Assembly (NCBI GenBank): GCA_036172245.1
Contig: JAYWIR010000021.1
Span: 2,728,001-2,792,000 of the forward strand
From: Raillietiella orientalis
Lineage: Eukaryota
DNA length: 64,000 nucleotides
Direction: 5' to 3'
Every line of letters begins with the position of its first letter. Position 1 is the stretch's first letter. The position numbers and the translations under genes were made by a program. The notes below the pieces were generated by a model, which worked only from the letters and a program-made list of their open reading frames with translations, was not told where the DNA came from and made no database searches. This document shows, one piece after another, positions 1 to 13,006 of this stretch.

Positions 1-3000
1 CGCGCTACACACACCGCTTGGATGCACGAGGACAGCCCCAGTAGGCAAGAATTCAGCATAAAAGAGTGAAAACGACGCCACCGTGAATGCACGTGTGTTC
101 CTTTGTCAGTGGGATTTCACTGATTCCTGGGATTTGGATGGATCCGCGATTCTGTTTCGTTTCGCCTTCCACCAGCCGACGCACACGCTGCCTCATGTGA
201 AAGCACGTTTTCTTTTGTCCGTGCTTCATAAATACCGTCGGGGAACGTGTTGTCGTTCCTCCCTGAAGGAAAAGGTGCACTTGACAGATCGATGCAATAA
301 GCGTGTCCTACGGCGCAGTTCTGTCTTCAAACATGAAAATCACATCCTTGTTCTCGTGAGGTCCATCCTTGGGCACCGAGGCTGAGATCGAACCGGCATG
401 CATTCTGGTTCCTTTTACTGTGTACAGAGGGCGGGCATCTGAGATGCAGCTTCCTTCCTTTTTTCTCTTTTTGGAAGGGGAGGGAGGGAGGGAGGGGTAT
501 TTTGAATGCCTTTTAATGAAAGTGATGAAAATCCAATCAGAGGATCAAAGTGAAGGAAGACACACAGCATGCTGCTAGATCGCAAGATGCCTCACTGGTA
601 AACTCCTGAATGCCAGTTGATGTCAGGCGAGCTGGAGCGTCTTTTTTATTCCTTTCTTTTTTCTCTTTTTCTTTTATTCCAGAAAGTAGAAGGTAATCTG
701 TTGGGCAGAGCGAAAAGACCAAAATGGATGTCATGCTAGCCCGAGCCTTTTCCTCGGAAAATACCTGCTAATTGGCTGGCGGCGCGTTCCCTTCAGGCTG
801 CAGTGAATCCCTCAGAACCGATAAACAACAGCAATAAACAATATCAATTGTTCGAGAGAAAGGGAACCTTTCTTCCTCCGCGTGCAACCTGAGCACATTA
901 TCCTCAGTACCGTGAGACTGGTCCCTCACTGAGTCTGCGATCCGGAAACACATGCGAAAACAAACACAAGTTACGATGGCATGCCAATTACGGAAGCAAA
1001 AGCATCCGTGAAATCAGTGGAACAACAGGAGCGAAGAGGAACAAATTAGTGGTTTCTGAAAGCGATAAATTGTTCCTGCTCTGAAGCGGGCTTCAGAAGT
1101 TTCTGGTCCGCGCTGCTGGCTGTTTACGAGGTTAATTGCAGTCGGTGCAAGAACGATTTCGCTCGGTGACTCCAAAGGAGCTTTAAACTGGTCGTGGCTC
1201 GGCGTACCTCTTTGCAGGGACAGCGACGCTCCTGAAGGCGCGGCCCCGAGCTACGTGCATGATGATTTCGGGATGAGGGGAATTTCCATCTTGCCCGAAA
1301 GTCGTCGCCAAAGATGAGCGGCGATGCCTTTCGTCGGCGAAGCGCATCCAAGTGGTGCTCGAAGTGGCAGAAGCGATGCTGTTCGAACAGGGAAACCGAC
1401 AGAATAGGCAGTGGTCGTGGGTAAAAGCACGGAGCGAACGAACAGGTGTCCGTAGAGGAAAAGGGGAGCAACAATTAGTGGGTTAAGCGAAAATTCAATT
1501 TCTTTCTTCCGCAACCGCTCCTGCCCAGCCTCGATCCAACGGAACTCCGATGCATTTGAGTTACCCGATGCTAATGGACAGCCATAAAACTGAGACAATG
1601 GCTTTCAACCTTTCCTTTTTTCCACGTACTTGCTTTTCTTAGAAGCCACCACATCAAGTGGTGACGAGATCCTTGGGCCATCCTGGCACATCAGAGCCTT
1701 ACAAAAAAAAAAAAAAGCTGATTAAAAGCTGCCAGCCATCATTTTACTAGACCTGCGTCGGATACGCCCAGCACAGACACCACGAGTGCATCGGATCTCC
1801 TGGATCGTTTAGTTGACGATGGAGAGGAATAGCGGCGAGTTTTCTTCTTGGATAGCTTCCGCCAGTTGCTGGCTTCTCAACCAAATCAGTTCCTCGAAGA
1901 TATTTCAAAATAACTTCTGAACGACCGTCGTATAATGCAGGGGGAAAAGACGCTGGAGGGAGTCCATAACCGGCCTGCTGTCCAAGCTCACAAGCTCACC
2001 GTGTCAGAAGGGATCCGAGAAGGGATGATTTTTTTTTTTTTCCCAAGGCAGAAAGGAAGGATGCAAATAACCAGAGTGGGGAAGAAGAAGTGTGCTAATG
2101 TTTCCAAACTGGCGAAGACGGCGCAACGCAAGAGAGCACCAAGAAGGGCACTCGACCGATCGGCGGGAAAAGAGTTCAAAGAAGCGTTCGGACTAATTGA
2201 CGGGGATCCTTGACGAATGCATGTAATTAAAAACGATTAAAAAATCGAGAAGATGTAAGCAAAGAGATGTTGATGTTGATGTTTTCACACCTACTCAGCT
2301 TGGGCTTCGGGACCGAGTCTACTTGGGACTTCCTTTATAACTCCCTAGCCTCGAGTGAAGACAAACAAATCGGAACTGTAAAGATTAGAAAGGCAACCTC
2401 TTTCTCCCCACGATACCCTGCTTGTGCCCTAAAGGTCGGAAACAGATTTCTTCCCAGCGCTTGCATTGCAATTGCTTCCCAGCAATTTCACTTCAGAAAA
2501 CATTTCAGGTCGCTGAAGGTGTATTCATGGGTCCTTTCGTGATAACCGATGAAGCAGCCAGTTCACAAGGAAATTTTAATTTGAATGGACGTAGTGAGCA
2601 GCTCATTTCCATCGGATTAGCGTTCTTGAGGTCCTTCCCACTGCATCCTCGCCTAAAGCCATTTTTCAAACTCACCTTAACGTTTCTATAGAGACGCCTC
2701 GGTGTGACACGAGCGTGTGAAACACGCACGCCTTAGTACTTTCAACTCTTGCTGGGACCTCGCGGCTCGGTGGAATGCAAAGAACGCAGCTCTGTGGCTT
2801 AGCACGGATGCACCGGCATCTGATTCCCGCTTTCTCCAGCCGCCTTTCCGAAAAAGCATACCAGGCATGAAGGGCGGCGCTCCGGGAATTCGTCCGTAGC
2901 TCGCATCTGGCACGCGGAGCTTCATCTACGAGAAGCTTCTGTGATATCCGCCGGAAATCCTCAAAGGAGACCTGACCTGGCTCGAACGCGCTAAAGTAGA

Positions 3001-6000
3001 GATGCGAGCATCACTATGAGACTCCGACGAAGAGAGACGGAGCTTCGTCGCCGGTCCAGATTTCACTTTCGCAGGAAACTGAAGCATCAGAGAGGCCCTC
3101 TAAGTGGATGGAGCTGTCAGGCGACTCGGAGACCTCCATTGGCAAGTGTTCCCGCTCTTCGAATGGTCGCCTCGAAGGAAGTGTCAGGATGAGCAGCTTC
3201 CACCACGGCTCACTTGAGGTTCTCGCAAAAGATTCCTAAAAGAGTTTCAAGATCGTGCCTTCGGTCTTTTCGACCAATCGGTTTGTTTCCCCAAGCCGTA
3301 GCAAAGTTTTTGGATTCTGCCCCAGATGACCTGTAGGCCGTGGATATGCGTCCTCGCATTTTCGTTCTGGTAGAGAAAATCAGAATTCGATCTTCTCTTC
3401 CATCTTGGGTCCTTTTTTGTGGGGCGATTCGATTGCCTTGCCCAAGCTTCATTGACATGCCAAGACAAGAGTATCGTCTTGCCGTCTCCCATGGAAAAAG
3501 GGGGAGCACATCTCTGTTTTATCTCGGACAAAACTCTCAAGAACAAATGGTCAGTTTGGATTGCATCTCCTTAGCATGGTTTGTCTTTGTGCATGTGACG
3601 TCTTTTCTAATGGAATCTGGAACCATTTGTGAGTCAGTATCGCTTCTGGAGGAGACGATGTTTAGCTCGTTCAGTGTATCCACACCACTGTCATTAAAGA
3701 GGACCAATCGCTTCGCCCGTCCGGCATGATAAAAGGCGAAAAATACCTTCGCTTCGAGGCCTCCGCCTATTAGCAAATGGTTCGCATCATGGAGTCGTTG
3801 GATCAGAAAGCAAAAAGGCGAGTTTGGCCACCGCCCCACCGTTTGCGACGAAGAGCTGCATGTGATGCAGTCTGATTCTGTCATCACGTCGCTGCACAGT
3901 AATTGTCTTCGGACCTAATCCCTGTTTTGTAGAGAAAGAAAAAAAAAAAAAAATTTCTCTGCGAGAAAGAAACGGAAGAGAAGCCCGCCGATGGAAAAGG
4001 GGGGGGGGAGAAGAGCAGTGAATAGGTTGGATTTAGTCGACTGGCAGCTAGAAGACACTGGAAGCTGAGTTTTATTTTGGACGTGTGCGAGCAATAAACC
4101 AAAGATTCTCTCAGTCCCGTCGCCATCTTGATGAGTAAATTTGCCTTTATGGAGGAATATCATAGTGAAGCGGAGCACAAAATTTCAAAAACCCATAGTG
4201 GAGCGCGAGAGTTGCCAGCGCGCTGCCGGAAAGCTTCAACAGCATCTTTCTAGTTGGCTTCCTTGTTTTTCCTTTTCATCTGCTGTTTCAGATTTCGTCT
4301 CGAGGTAGGTGGCACTGGAGAGTTCGGCCTGCCGCTTCCTTTCAGTGATGCAGCGGACGCTCCGTAAGCACACGGCCTCGAGGGATTTTGCTTTCGTGTC
4401 TTTTTACGTATTTACCTGTCTTCCCATTCAGTAAGAGCCTGGGCGCCAGTGCACTTCTGGGTAATCAAGCAGAGTCGAGGTGTTCTTCGAGGACAGAGGA
4501 CAAACCAAAAAAAAATAAAGGAGGGTAGCACCACGGCCCTCAGAAAGAGATGGTCCTGCGTCAAGAAGGAGGGTTTCGCAAAGCCATCCCTCCCTTCCAA
4601 TGGTGAAGCTACCATCTGGAGCGCTTCCCCCGGTGAGGTCCATGGGTCACCGTTCCCGTCGACTGAATCCTTGACTCTCCAACCACAAGTGGCAGAGCCT
4701 TCGAAACCAGCCTCTGCAGCTTCCGATCCTTCGTCTGAGACAATTCCTCACCCTCGGGCCAACACTACCCTGAAACATCCTCGTGACTTCGAGACGACAA
4801 GAGCCAGGGGAGGAGAGAGGAGGCGACAGGATTATGAAGGAACTGTCTTATTGCTCCAGCGATGAAGGAATTCCGATCCACAAAATTTGTAAACGCAAGG
4901 AGTTTTCCCGCCCTGTCTCGCTTCGATGGAGATGAAATGGACTCGATCTCGTTCCTTTCCTTCCAGGATGGTGTGTTTGCGAAAAGGCAAGGGTTTTCCT
5001 GGACTGCAATCTCTTTGAGCCCCTCTTCAGGCAAGTTTTCTGTGCGAGGGCTTGCTGGAAAATCGCCTGCACCCATCCGAAGGCCGAAGAAGATTCCTCT
5101 AAGAGACAAGGAGATCTCCGGCCTCGTCTTCCTCCGATTGGGTGGAACCTTCTGGAACCCGCTGCGGCCAGGCGAGTGAAGCTCGCAAACGAAGGAGGGA
5201 GGAAAAGCAAAAATCCCTTGCGCCTCCTCCTAAGCACGCCTCTTAATGTGTGGAAGCCACGGGTTGTTTCCTCGACGAAAGATGCCGACAGCCAAATTCG
5301 GTGGGGGATCTCGAGATGAGACGCACACGCATTTCCTGTTTTCCCATTGCGAAGACGCAGGAAAAGAAGGGAGGAGGAAGATGCTGAAGGGGGAAATGCG
5401 GTCGTTACGGGAGATCCGAATCGGAGAAACTCTTTCGCCTCTTGGTTCTCCGAGAGACCCTGCGCGGCTCCGAAAGGAACGCACGTGCTTTCCTCTTCCG
5501 GGAACCGTTTTTTCGGGAACGGACCGGGAGAAATCGGCAGGAAGTTCTGCGGAAACTATTGCACACTTTCCGCATTCCCTCCCCCCACCTCTCTCTCTCT
5601 CTCTCTCATTCTGGAACGCGAAGACTCCCGGGGTATGGGCCCTCGCGGCCAGGTGTGCAGCTGAGGAGAGGTGTTGGCGAAGCTCTGCGTGCACCTTCCT
5701 CACCCGTCCGCGCTGCCCTCGGTCCTCGGACAGCCCGGATCTCCTCTTCGAGTCCGAAACTTTATTTATGGGCCGTCCGCTCAATGGGGGGAGGGCGAGT
5801 TGGATTTCTGCTCCCGACGCCACGGAGGCTGTTCCACAGTAAACACAGCAACAGCCACACAGATTCCTCGCTTGGGTTTCCGCGCGCGAAATCTTGCTCG
5901 TCGGGGCGTGCTTGCCGGACAGGTTTACTCCGCATGCTGGGCAGCTTGTTTCTGGGATTATTTATTGCTTAAGAAACTGTCGGGATGGTTCCGGAGCGTG

Positions 6001-6476
6001 TGAAATGGTTGCATGAACCTCAACAGCATCCAAACTCCTGTTCCATAATCTGTGTGATGCATGCACGCACGTTCGTTTGTGCAACAACTTCGGGGGGAAG
6101 GGAGGGGGAGCATCGATCCGCTCCCGGTGGCACCAATCGGAAGTTCCTTCAGCAGCGGCTCCACATCGCGAGCGTATGGATCGGATTCTTGCGTTCGCGT
6201 TACCGTGACTTCCAGCTCCTTGCTCGCCTGGAATTAATTGCATCCGAGTGGAATAAATAGTCGGCGATTACCGTGGCAAGAAAAATGTAGAAGACAGTGC
6301 TGATGCAACCGTGGGCTCGTAATCACCCTAGGAACCCCCCTCCCCCTCCTTCTAACTATGGGAACCTTAGGCGAATTTTCTCAAGGCACCGAAGAGTGTG
6401 ACGTAACACGTTTCGCACTTCGAGACAGGCGCTCATCACGCGAGCATGATTGATTTTTTTTTCTCTTGTGTATGTT

Positions 6477-6483
6477 TGTGTGT

Positions 6484-6520
<37 letters not shown>

Positions 6521-6531
6521 GGGGGGGGGGG
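6477..6531. repeat. (TG)n microsatellite followed by poly-G
   Basis: Read directly from the sequence. Confidence 0.95.
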
Positions 6532-9516
6532 AGAGAGGAAGGGCTGCTGCACTCGAAGCAAGAGCGCGCGCCTTGGTTTGTGAGAATGGTCAGCTCCTCT
6601 TGGCGTGCGTATCGCTCCCAAGTGTTAACACCCGCTCTCACCTGAAAACAAAAAGCATGAGGAAGGGGGAGGGGGGAAACGAAATTATTGATTTCTTGCT
6701 GATTAAAAGAAAAAAAACAAAGAAAGAAAGAAAAGACAACGAAAGGAGAGAATGCCGACGAAACCAAAGAAATTCTGGGAAACTAAAGATCTGGAACAGG
6801 GACGGGGTGACTGCAGGACCACCAGGCGAGGGGCTGTCCACCCCTTCAGCACACAGTGAAAGGGAAAATAAGAAACATTTGTTCTTCCATTGAACTCATG
6901 AGTTGGTGTAAAAAAGGCTGCTACCGGAGGAAGAAGAACTCGCATTCTTCGTTCTTTTGTCGCTCAGCCATTGGGAGCCCGCAAGGGAAATCCCATTGTC
7001 TTGCAAATTTCCATGGAAACGACATGCTTCTGGTTTCCCTTGTATCTGCATCCCTATCTCCAGCATCCTTAGCGCAATCTCAAAACTGTGCAATCCCAGA
7101 GAGTGGGGTTTCCCCGAATCCCATGGTTCAGTTGCTAGCGTTTGAATTTCCCACATGCAGGGCAGTCGGTGCTCCTGGATCCCCACTGCCCTCTCGGAGG
7201 AAACGGGGAGGGGGCAAGAGGGAGGGAGAGGATAAGGAAAAAGTTGCAGATCCCCGTTCTTTTAGCGTTTGAGGCATTCACTTTGGTGACCGCTAGCTGC
7301 CGTCGACCACGGACTTCGCATCGGCAGCAGATAGCGGCCTCTCTGGTTGCGCTCTTCCCACAGCCAGCGCAGCGACAGCAGCAGCAGAGCCCTGCGAGCA
7401 ATTAATTTCTCTTCCTGTCCAAGTCAAAGAAAAAGCTTCCATTGAATTTTACCATTTCCATTACCCGATTTTTTTTCGGCTGGACCTGTCGGAATTCGCC
7501 TCTGAATTTCTTGACGTATGTGAGTCCATCCGTCGGGCCATTGATTCATGCTCCTGGGCATTTTCTTTTTCCTCTTTGGGATTTCGGCGGAGTCGATAGC
7601 CGAGGTGGTGTGTCCACTGCTTGCCGGAGTACTCGCGCTCCAAGGTCGATCGTGCATCTCTCGTTTTCGGGCTCTTCAAGCAGTGCCGCTTCCTGTTCTT
7701 CCCTTCCGTGCAAAGGGCCCTCCCTTTGCACGGACCCGACCTCACGCCGCCTCCGAACTCGCTGACTGTGTGCTTTCTGTGATTTGCGCTGTGTCTCTCT
7801 CTTCAAACGCAGACTGTGGTCTTTGAGAATCTCCTCGACGGTGCTTCATCGGTAAACAGTTGTTCGAGGTCCACAGCGCGAGACCAACAGATCTAGAGTG
7901 CACTCTGCCTATTCCCTCGAGTTCTTCTGAGGACGGCAGTTCTCGCGGTTTCGAGACCGGTTTTTTCGTTCCACTCCGCACAGCTGCTCCAAGACATCGA
8001 CTCTTGGAGCCCTCTTTCCTTAGCTGGATGCCTCAATAAGATCAAACTTCCCTTCTCCTTTTCATCTACGCTGAAGCAACTGCGAGCACCAACAGCACTC
8101 TTGTAGCATCTCGCGATAGCGTTCACTCCAGAAGGGTGTACCATGCGTGGACAGGATAAGGTTAGATCAAACTCCTGACGTGGTAGCGATGGTGGACAAA
8201 CTGGTTGAAAGAGATAGGAATAGGAGAGGAAGACGAATCAACGCATCTGTGGCTGCTTCCCTCTGATATTTCAAGATGGCTGGCGCTCGTCGAAAAGGAA
8301 GGAGAAAGAGGAGTCTCATCCGGCAGGGCGGACGATCTGAGGCTTTGGAACCGAATGACCTCAACCGAGTTTCAAACTTGAAATAGGTCCGAATCCTGGT
8401 TTCTAAGCGGAAGACTGGACCGTGGGATCCATGGGCGCTACCAGGGGACGAATTGGGTAAGCAGATCTGACTTTGCGAAGTGAACTAAACATTGGGTCAC
8501 GAATTCCCATGAGGACTCTCGTCAAATCCCATGAGATGTGTTGGTTGCCATGGGCAGCGGGTGGCCATGGATTTCGGAGTCCTGTAAGGATCTGGTAACG
8601 ACTCGCCTGCCAAGCAACTGGCTCCGATGACGGATGGCACTCAAGCGTCCAGCGCATCCGACCTCCGTGACAGATCCATTTCTCCCTTCCGCGTTCCGTC
8701 GGAGGAGAACGGCAGTTCCCCTCACTTCCGCTGAGTAGGAGGGTCGCGACAAAGAATGGGTTGTGTGGAGAAGGGTTCGGGCTCCTGAAGCCGCCGTCGG
8801 CCCAGATCTTGGTGGTAGCAGGAAACACTCCCGCGAGATCCTAGAGGTCTGTTGCGGAGGAAGGATCCGTGAGAAGAGCCTTTGGGCATGGTTTTCATGG
8901 CTACACCCTGGGACAAATGGTCAATCAACAATGGTTAATGATTCCTTACTCATTATTTGATGGCTTATTTATCGGAAAACGAAAAAATTCCAGCCATCTG
9001 CTCCCTAATTCAGAACGGCCCTCAGCTAGAAGCACCTGACTGGTCCCACACGTTAAGCTCAAGATGAAATTCATGTCCTTCATCAAGAATGTCGATCCGA
9101 CTAAGGATGAGCGTTGGTACATCTTCCAAGGACTAGTCACACAGGGTGCGGAAACGAAGAGAAGTTAAACTGAAAGAAATGCATCGTGGCAGCCCCATCT
9201 TGAAGGTAATCCTCAGCGTCTGAAGAAGGAGCGAATCTCTCTTCCGCAGGAAACTGACCTCAGTTCATGGAAGCATCTCGAAAAGGGGATTCTAGGCTTT
9301 TTCTGTTTGACTCGAAGAAGAAAAAAAAAGTAGCAAAGGAAGAAAACACACATCCGTACAGATTCGTAAAGATTCTTTTCTTTTGTGGCTGCCCACGTGG
9401 GAGATGTTCTGTCCGAGCTTGTACTACCATCCATCCGCTTCTCCGGAGCATGGGCAAGCTTTGTACAGCGGCTTTCGCGCCTTTGATTCTCGTTATCCGT
9501 TTGGCTTCTCTGCGTT

Positions 9517-10565
9517 AGCATTTCACATCTTCTGGAGCTCTGGAACGTCTTACTCTGTCTATTGGATAATTCACATGAAGACATGAAGAACCTGGGCAGT
9601 TTGCAGTGTGCGGATGCAAGTGCCTGTATTTCTGGGCCGAGGAGTTCGACATGGTGGGAGGATTTTAAAAAGATGACCACCTCCATCCACTACGAGACGG
9701 ATTGAGCAAACACATTCATCTCCCGCAGCGCATGGACGCCGTTCCGCGCGCAAAACAGGAAACGAGACGGATCGTTAGAAAATCCCGGGGTGTGAACAGG
9801 CTAAGGGAACCTTATCTCGGTTCTGGAGGGAGAGCGCCGATCAGGAAGGAAGGAATTCGGGGATGCAACGGGAAGCTTTGAGACGCGAGCTCTCGGAATC
9901 CGAAAGAAAGAAGAGAGAGGAATTGCTTATTGGCGGCGTCTCTCTTTCGCCGCAGCAGTCGCCATCGAGCGACATGGAGAGGACGCTATCGATGGGACGG
10001 CCTCTAACGAGCGTAGGAAACGACCATCCCGCTTTCCAATGGAAAGCCCATCCAGTGCAAGGATATTGAGAAAAGAGGCATAAAGAGTGCAACATTTAGG
10101 AATTCCGACGTCTTCCCCCGGATTGCTCTGGTCTGCGTGGAGAATGCTCGTAACTCTGCTGATCATGCCGTTAGTTTGTCACCTGCAGCTGCTCTCGTTC
10201 CGGAGTACCGGCTCCAAGGGTAGCAGCAGACAGCATTGTGCATGCAAACACAGCATCCTTCTTTAGCAATGGGTAATAGTGTGAGGAAGCCGACTGTGGG
10301 ACGAGGCAGCGGCTGCACTTGTTGTCTCCCCACCGATGTGGCGGTGATCAGCAGCGTGGGAAACAGGACCCAAAGATCCTGGTTTCCTCAATGAGAAGTC
10401 GCTGGATTGATGGTGAGTGAGAGCGGATGTGGAATCTTCTGCTTCCTTTCGGTTCCGTAAGCATGGGACAGTAAGCATTTCACATCTTCTGGAGCTCTGG
10501 AACGTCTAACTCTGTCTATTGGATACTTCACATGAAGACATGAAGAACCTGGGCAGTTTGCAGTG
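9517..10565 (+). repeat. 92-bp direct repeat pair (9517-9608 and 10474-10565)
   Basis: agcatttcacatcttctggagctctggaacgtct...gaagaacctgggcagtttgcagtg occurs twice, 957 bp apart, with 2 mismatches. Confidence 0.95.
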
Positions 10566-11116
10566 ACTGAAGTCAGTGAAGTCTACGGTCCTGAAGCAGT
10601 TTGCAGTCTTCCTGAAGATATCCGAAAACACCGGTGCATCTGACTCCGAGGATAGACCTTTGCGCGGCCACGCAGGGGACTCATGAACCATTCCTCAAAG
10701 GTCGTTATTCTCAGAGGCTCAGAAGCATGTATGGCAAAGAATTCGGATGCTGCAGTCATACATTTTAGGAGTTTCAGCAAAAAATCATCACTTGTTCCTG
10801 CTGATATTGGTACAATAGCAAGAAGTTTTGCGATCATCCATCTCGAGGGAGAATCAATCCCTCGGGTCCTTCCTGCGGGTCTCCCTACTTGGCTGGAAAC
10901 ACTTTTTATCACATTAAGTCCACTTGATGAAGCCGCATGGCTAAATTTTGCTAAGCTTCCACGGCACAAGCTTTAAGGAGCAAAAGATCACTGTGAGGAT
11001 CACTGTGATCAAATCTTTGGAACTGGCAAACTACTCACGGATCATCCATCAGTGCAATCCATCTATAGTGTAAATCAAGATGATGAGGACGAGATGTTCA
11101 AAAATCCCAAAGCCTA
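10480..11116 (+). pseudogene. Decayed coding-like segment, family unassigned
   Basis: One frame reads protein-like across several stops: LERLTLSIGYFT*...VVILRGSEACM...LPAGLPTWLETLFITLSPLDEAAWLNFAKLPRHKL*...KLLTDHPSVQSIYSV; lacks the homopolymer and microsatellite texture of its flanks. Confidence 0.3.
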
Positions 11117-12979
11117 GTTTTGCTTTATGAGATCTGCACGAGGGAACACACGGTTCATCCGACATACCTCTGGGTTTACACACCAGCTCGAGCATGCGCT
11201 TCACGGACTCTAGATCCCAATGATTATTTTAAAAAAAAATCGCTTGTCTAGAGGATCTCGACGACCTCCGAGATTTTTCTTTTGCAAAAGAAAACAGCGT
11301 GCGTCTACGTCTTCATAGGAGGACTTCATAGGGCAGCAGGCAGCAAAAATACTGTTCCATGGGAAAAGGAGAAAGGATGCACAGGAATTCTTCAACGTCC
11401 TTCACCTACTCGTGAAAACGTCAAAGGCAACTCGACAGTGGTTCTGTACGACCGGATGTCCCTTGTTCATCAACACGTAGAAGGCAGCACCTACGTATGA
11501 GTTTTTCTTCATGTGAGGATTCCATCCTGATGTTCTCCCTGGATCGTACACTCTGGCCTCTTGAATGGTAAGAGGTATCGATAAGGTTGGCTCTTTTCGC
11601 TCCATCTGGGTGGATCTTTTCGCTCTTACCATCTGGGTGATGACCCACACCATTCCATGCGGTTGAGTCTAGGGAATGCACCCTTTTGGTGGGACACCCA
11701 ATGAAAAGATTTCCTGGTTTTCTAGATACTTTGCCCATGTTTCTCTCGGTAGACGACTCTCGTGCTGGAACTGGGGTCACCATACCTTCCTTACCGTAAA
11801 CCTCTGTGTCATCAGGAAGCACCCTGGCGCTTCCTAGTGTGAACGGCATCTTTACAAACTGCAAGATGGCAGAAGCAACCTACGAGAAGCTGCTTCTTGA
11901 AGATTTCAGATCTTCCGTTCTTCATCTGGAGTGAATCCATTTTGCTGTTTTTTGCTGAGACACTGTTTACTATCTTACAACACCGAGTCAAACAGGAAGC
12001 GGTTCCATAGAAACTCATCTCAAATCGTCGCGTAGAAACTGCTTCGTCCGCTTTGCAGATTCGATGTAGTGCTTGAAACCTCGTTGAACATCAATCTGAA
12101 AGAAGCGTGGGCTGAAAACATGCATCGTTCTGGTCCAGGTCCGTTGTCATGAAGCAAGCCATGGTGCTCATTCATCTTTGCATGATTTCTACTGTGGAAA
12201 GTCTCCACTTTAAAGGTTTTTGAAGTAGCGGATTTTAGAAGCGTAGGAGCGAGAATCTGTCGTGCGCGCTTCCCAAGAAAGAGGTCACGCACACGGCGCT
12301 CTTCTGGCTGCATATAGTCAAACGGGTTTGGGACTCGAAACAGATGAGATCTGGAGAGCATCGTATCACGGGGCATCTCAGAGACCCAGAGGATCGATCT
12401 AGTGGGCTTGCATTCTTCCTGTTTCTCAAGTTGTCTCCGTCCTAAGGACAGCAGATAGGTCGACTAGGGTACGATACCGGTCCGAAGGCCAGGATCTTCC
12501 TGAAGTGCCTCCGAAGGAGGGTAATTTCCTCCTTCCAACAAGAATCACTCGTTGGAATCTCAGGAAGAGGAGACCCGTGGCGGTTGACGGGGAGGGCAGG
12601 AAAACCTACTAGGGAAATCAGATCTTTTCCCATCACGCTGCGGCAGCCGGACTTGCCGCGGCCTTTCCTGCAGGTGGGCAACCTATTCTCGGCTCCCTCC
12701 GAAGAAGGAAACGCTGTTGGGCCTCCTGATTCGGGGCACTCGGGGGATGGGAAGAGTTGACCAGGAGTTGGCTCGGGACCCTTGTGGCTCTCAGAAAGTT
12801 CCTCTTCTGTGGCCGGCAAGGTCACCACAAAGAGAAGGGAAACTGAGGACGATGCATTTTAGAAAGACTTGAGCCTACGAACTTTGCAGCTCCCAGCAGA
12901 TCTTGAGTGTCTCTTCTTTACTCAGGACCTCCGAAGAAGAAGAGTAAGGTGAGTGAAAGCACGCTGGAAGGAAAAACAA

Positions 12980-13006
12980 TGTGTGTGTGTGTGTGTGTGT
13001 GTGTGT
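12980..13006. repeat. (TG)n microsatellite
   Basis: Read directly from the sequence. Confidence 0.95.

Noticed and set aside
537..953. Possible minus-strand spliced fragment (67-nt GT-AG intron at 698-764)
   Set aside because: Flanking frames stop quickly and resemble no protein I recognise
4412..4865. MATH/TRAF-like ending (SFLTQDHLFLRAVV) on the minus strand
   Set aside because: Too short; the rest of the domain is absent
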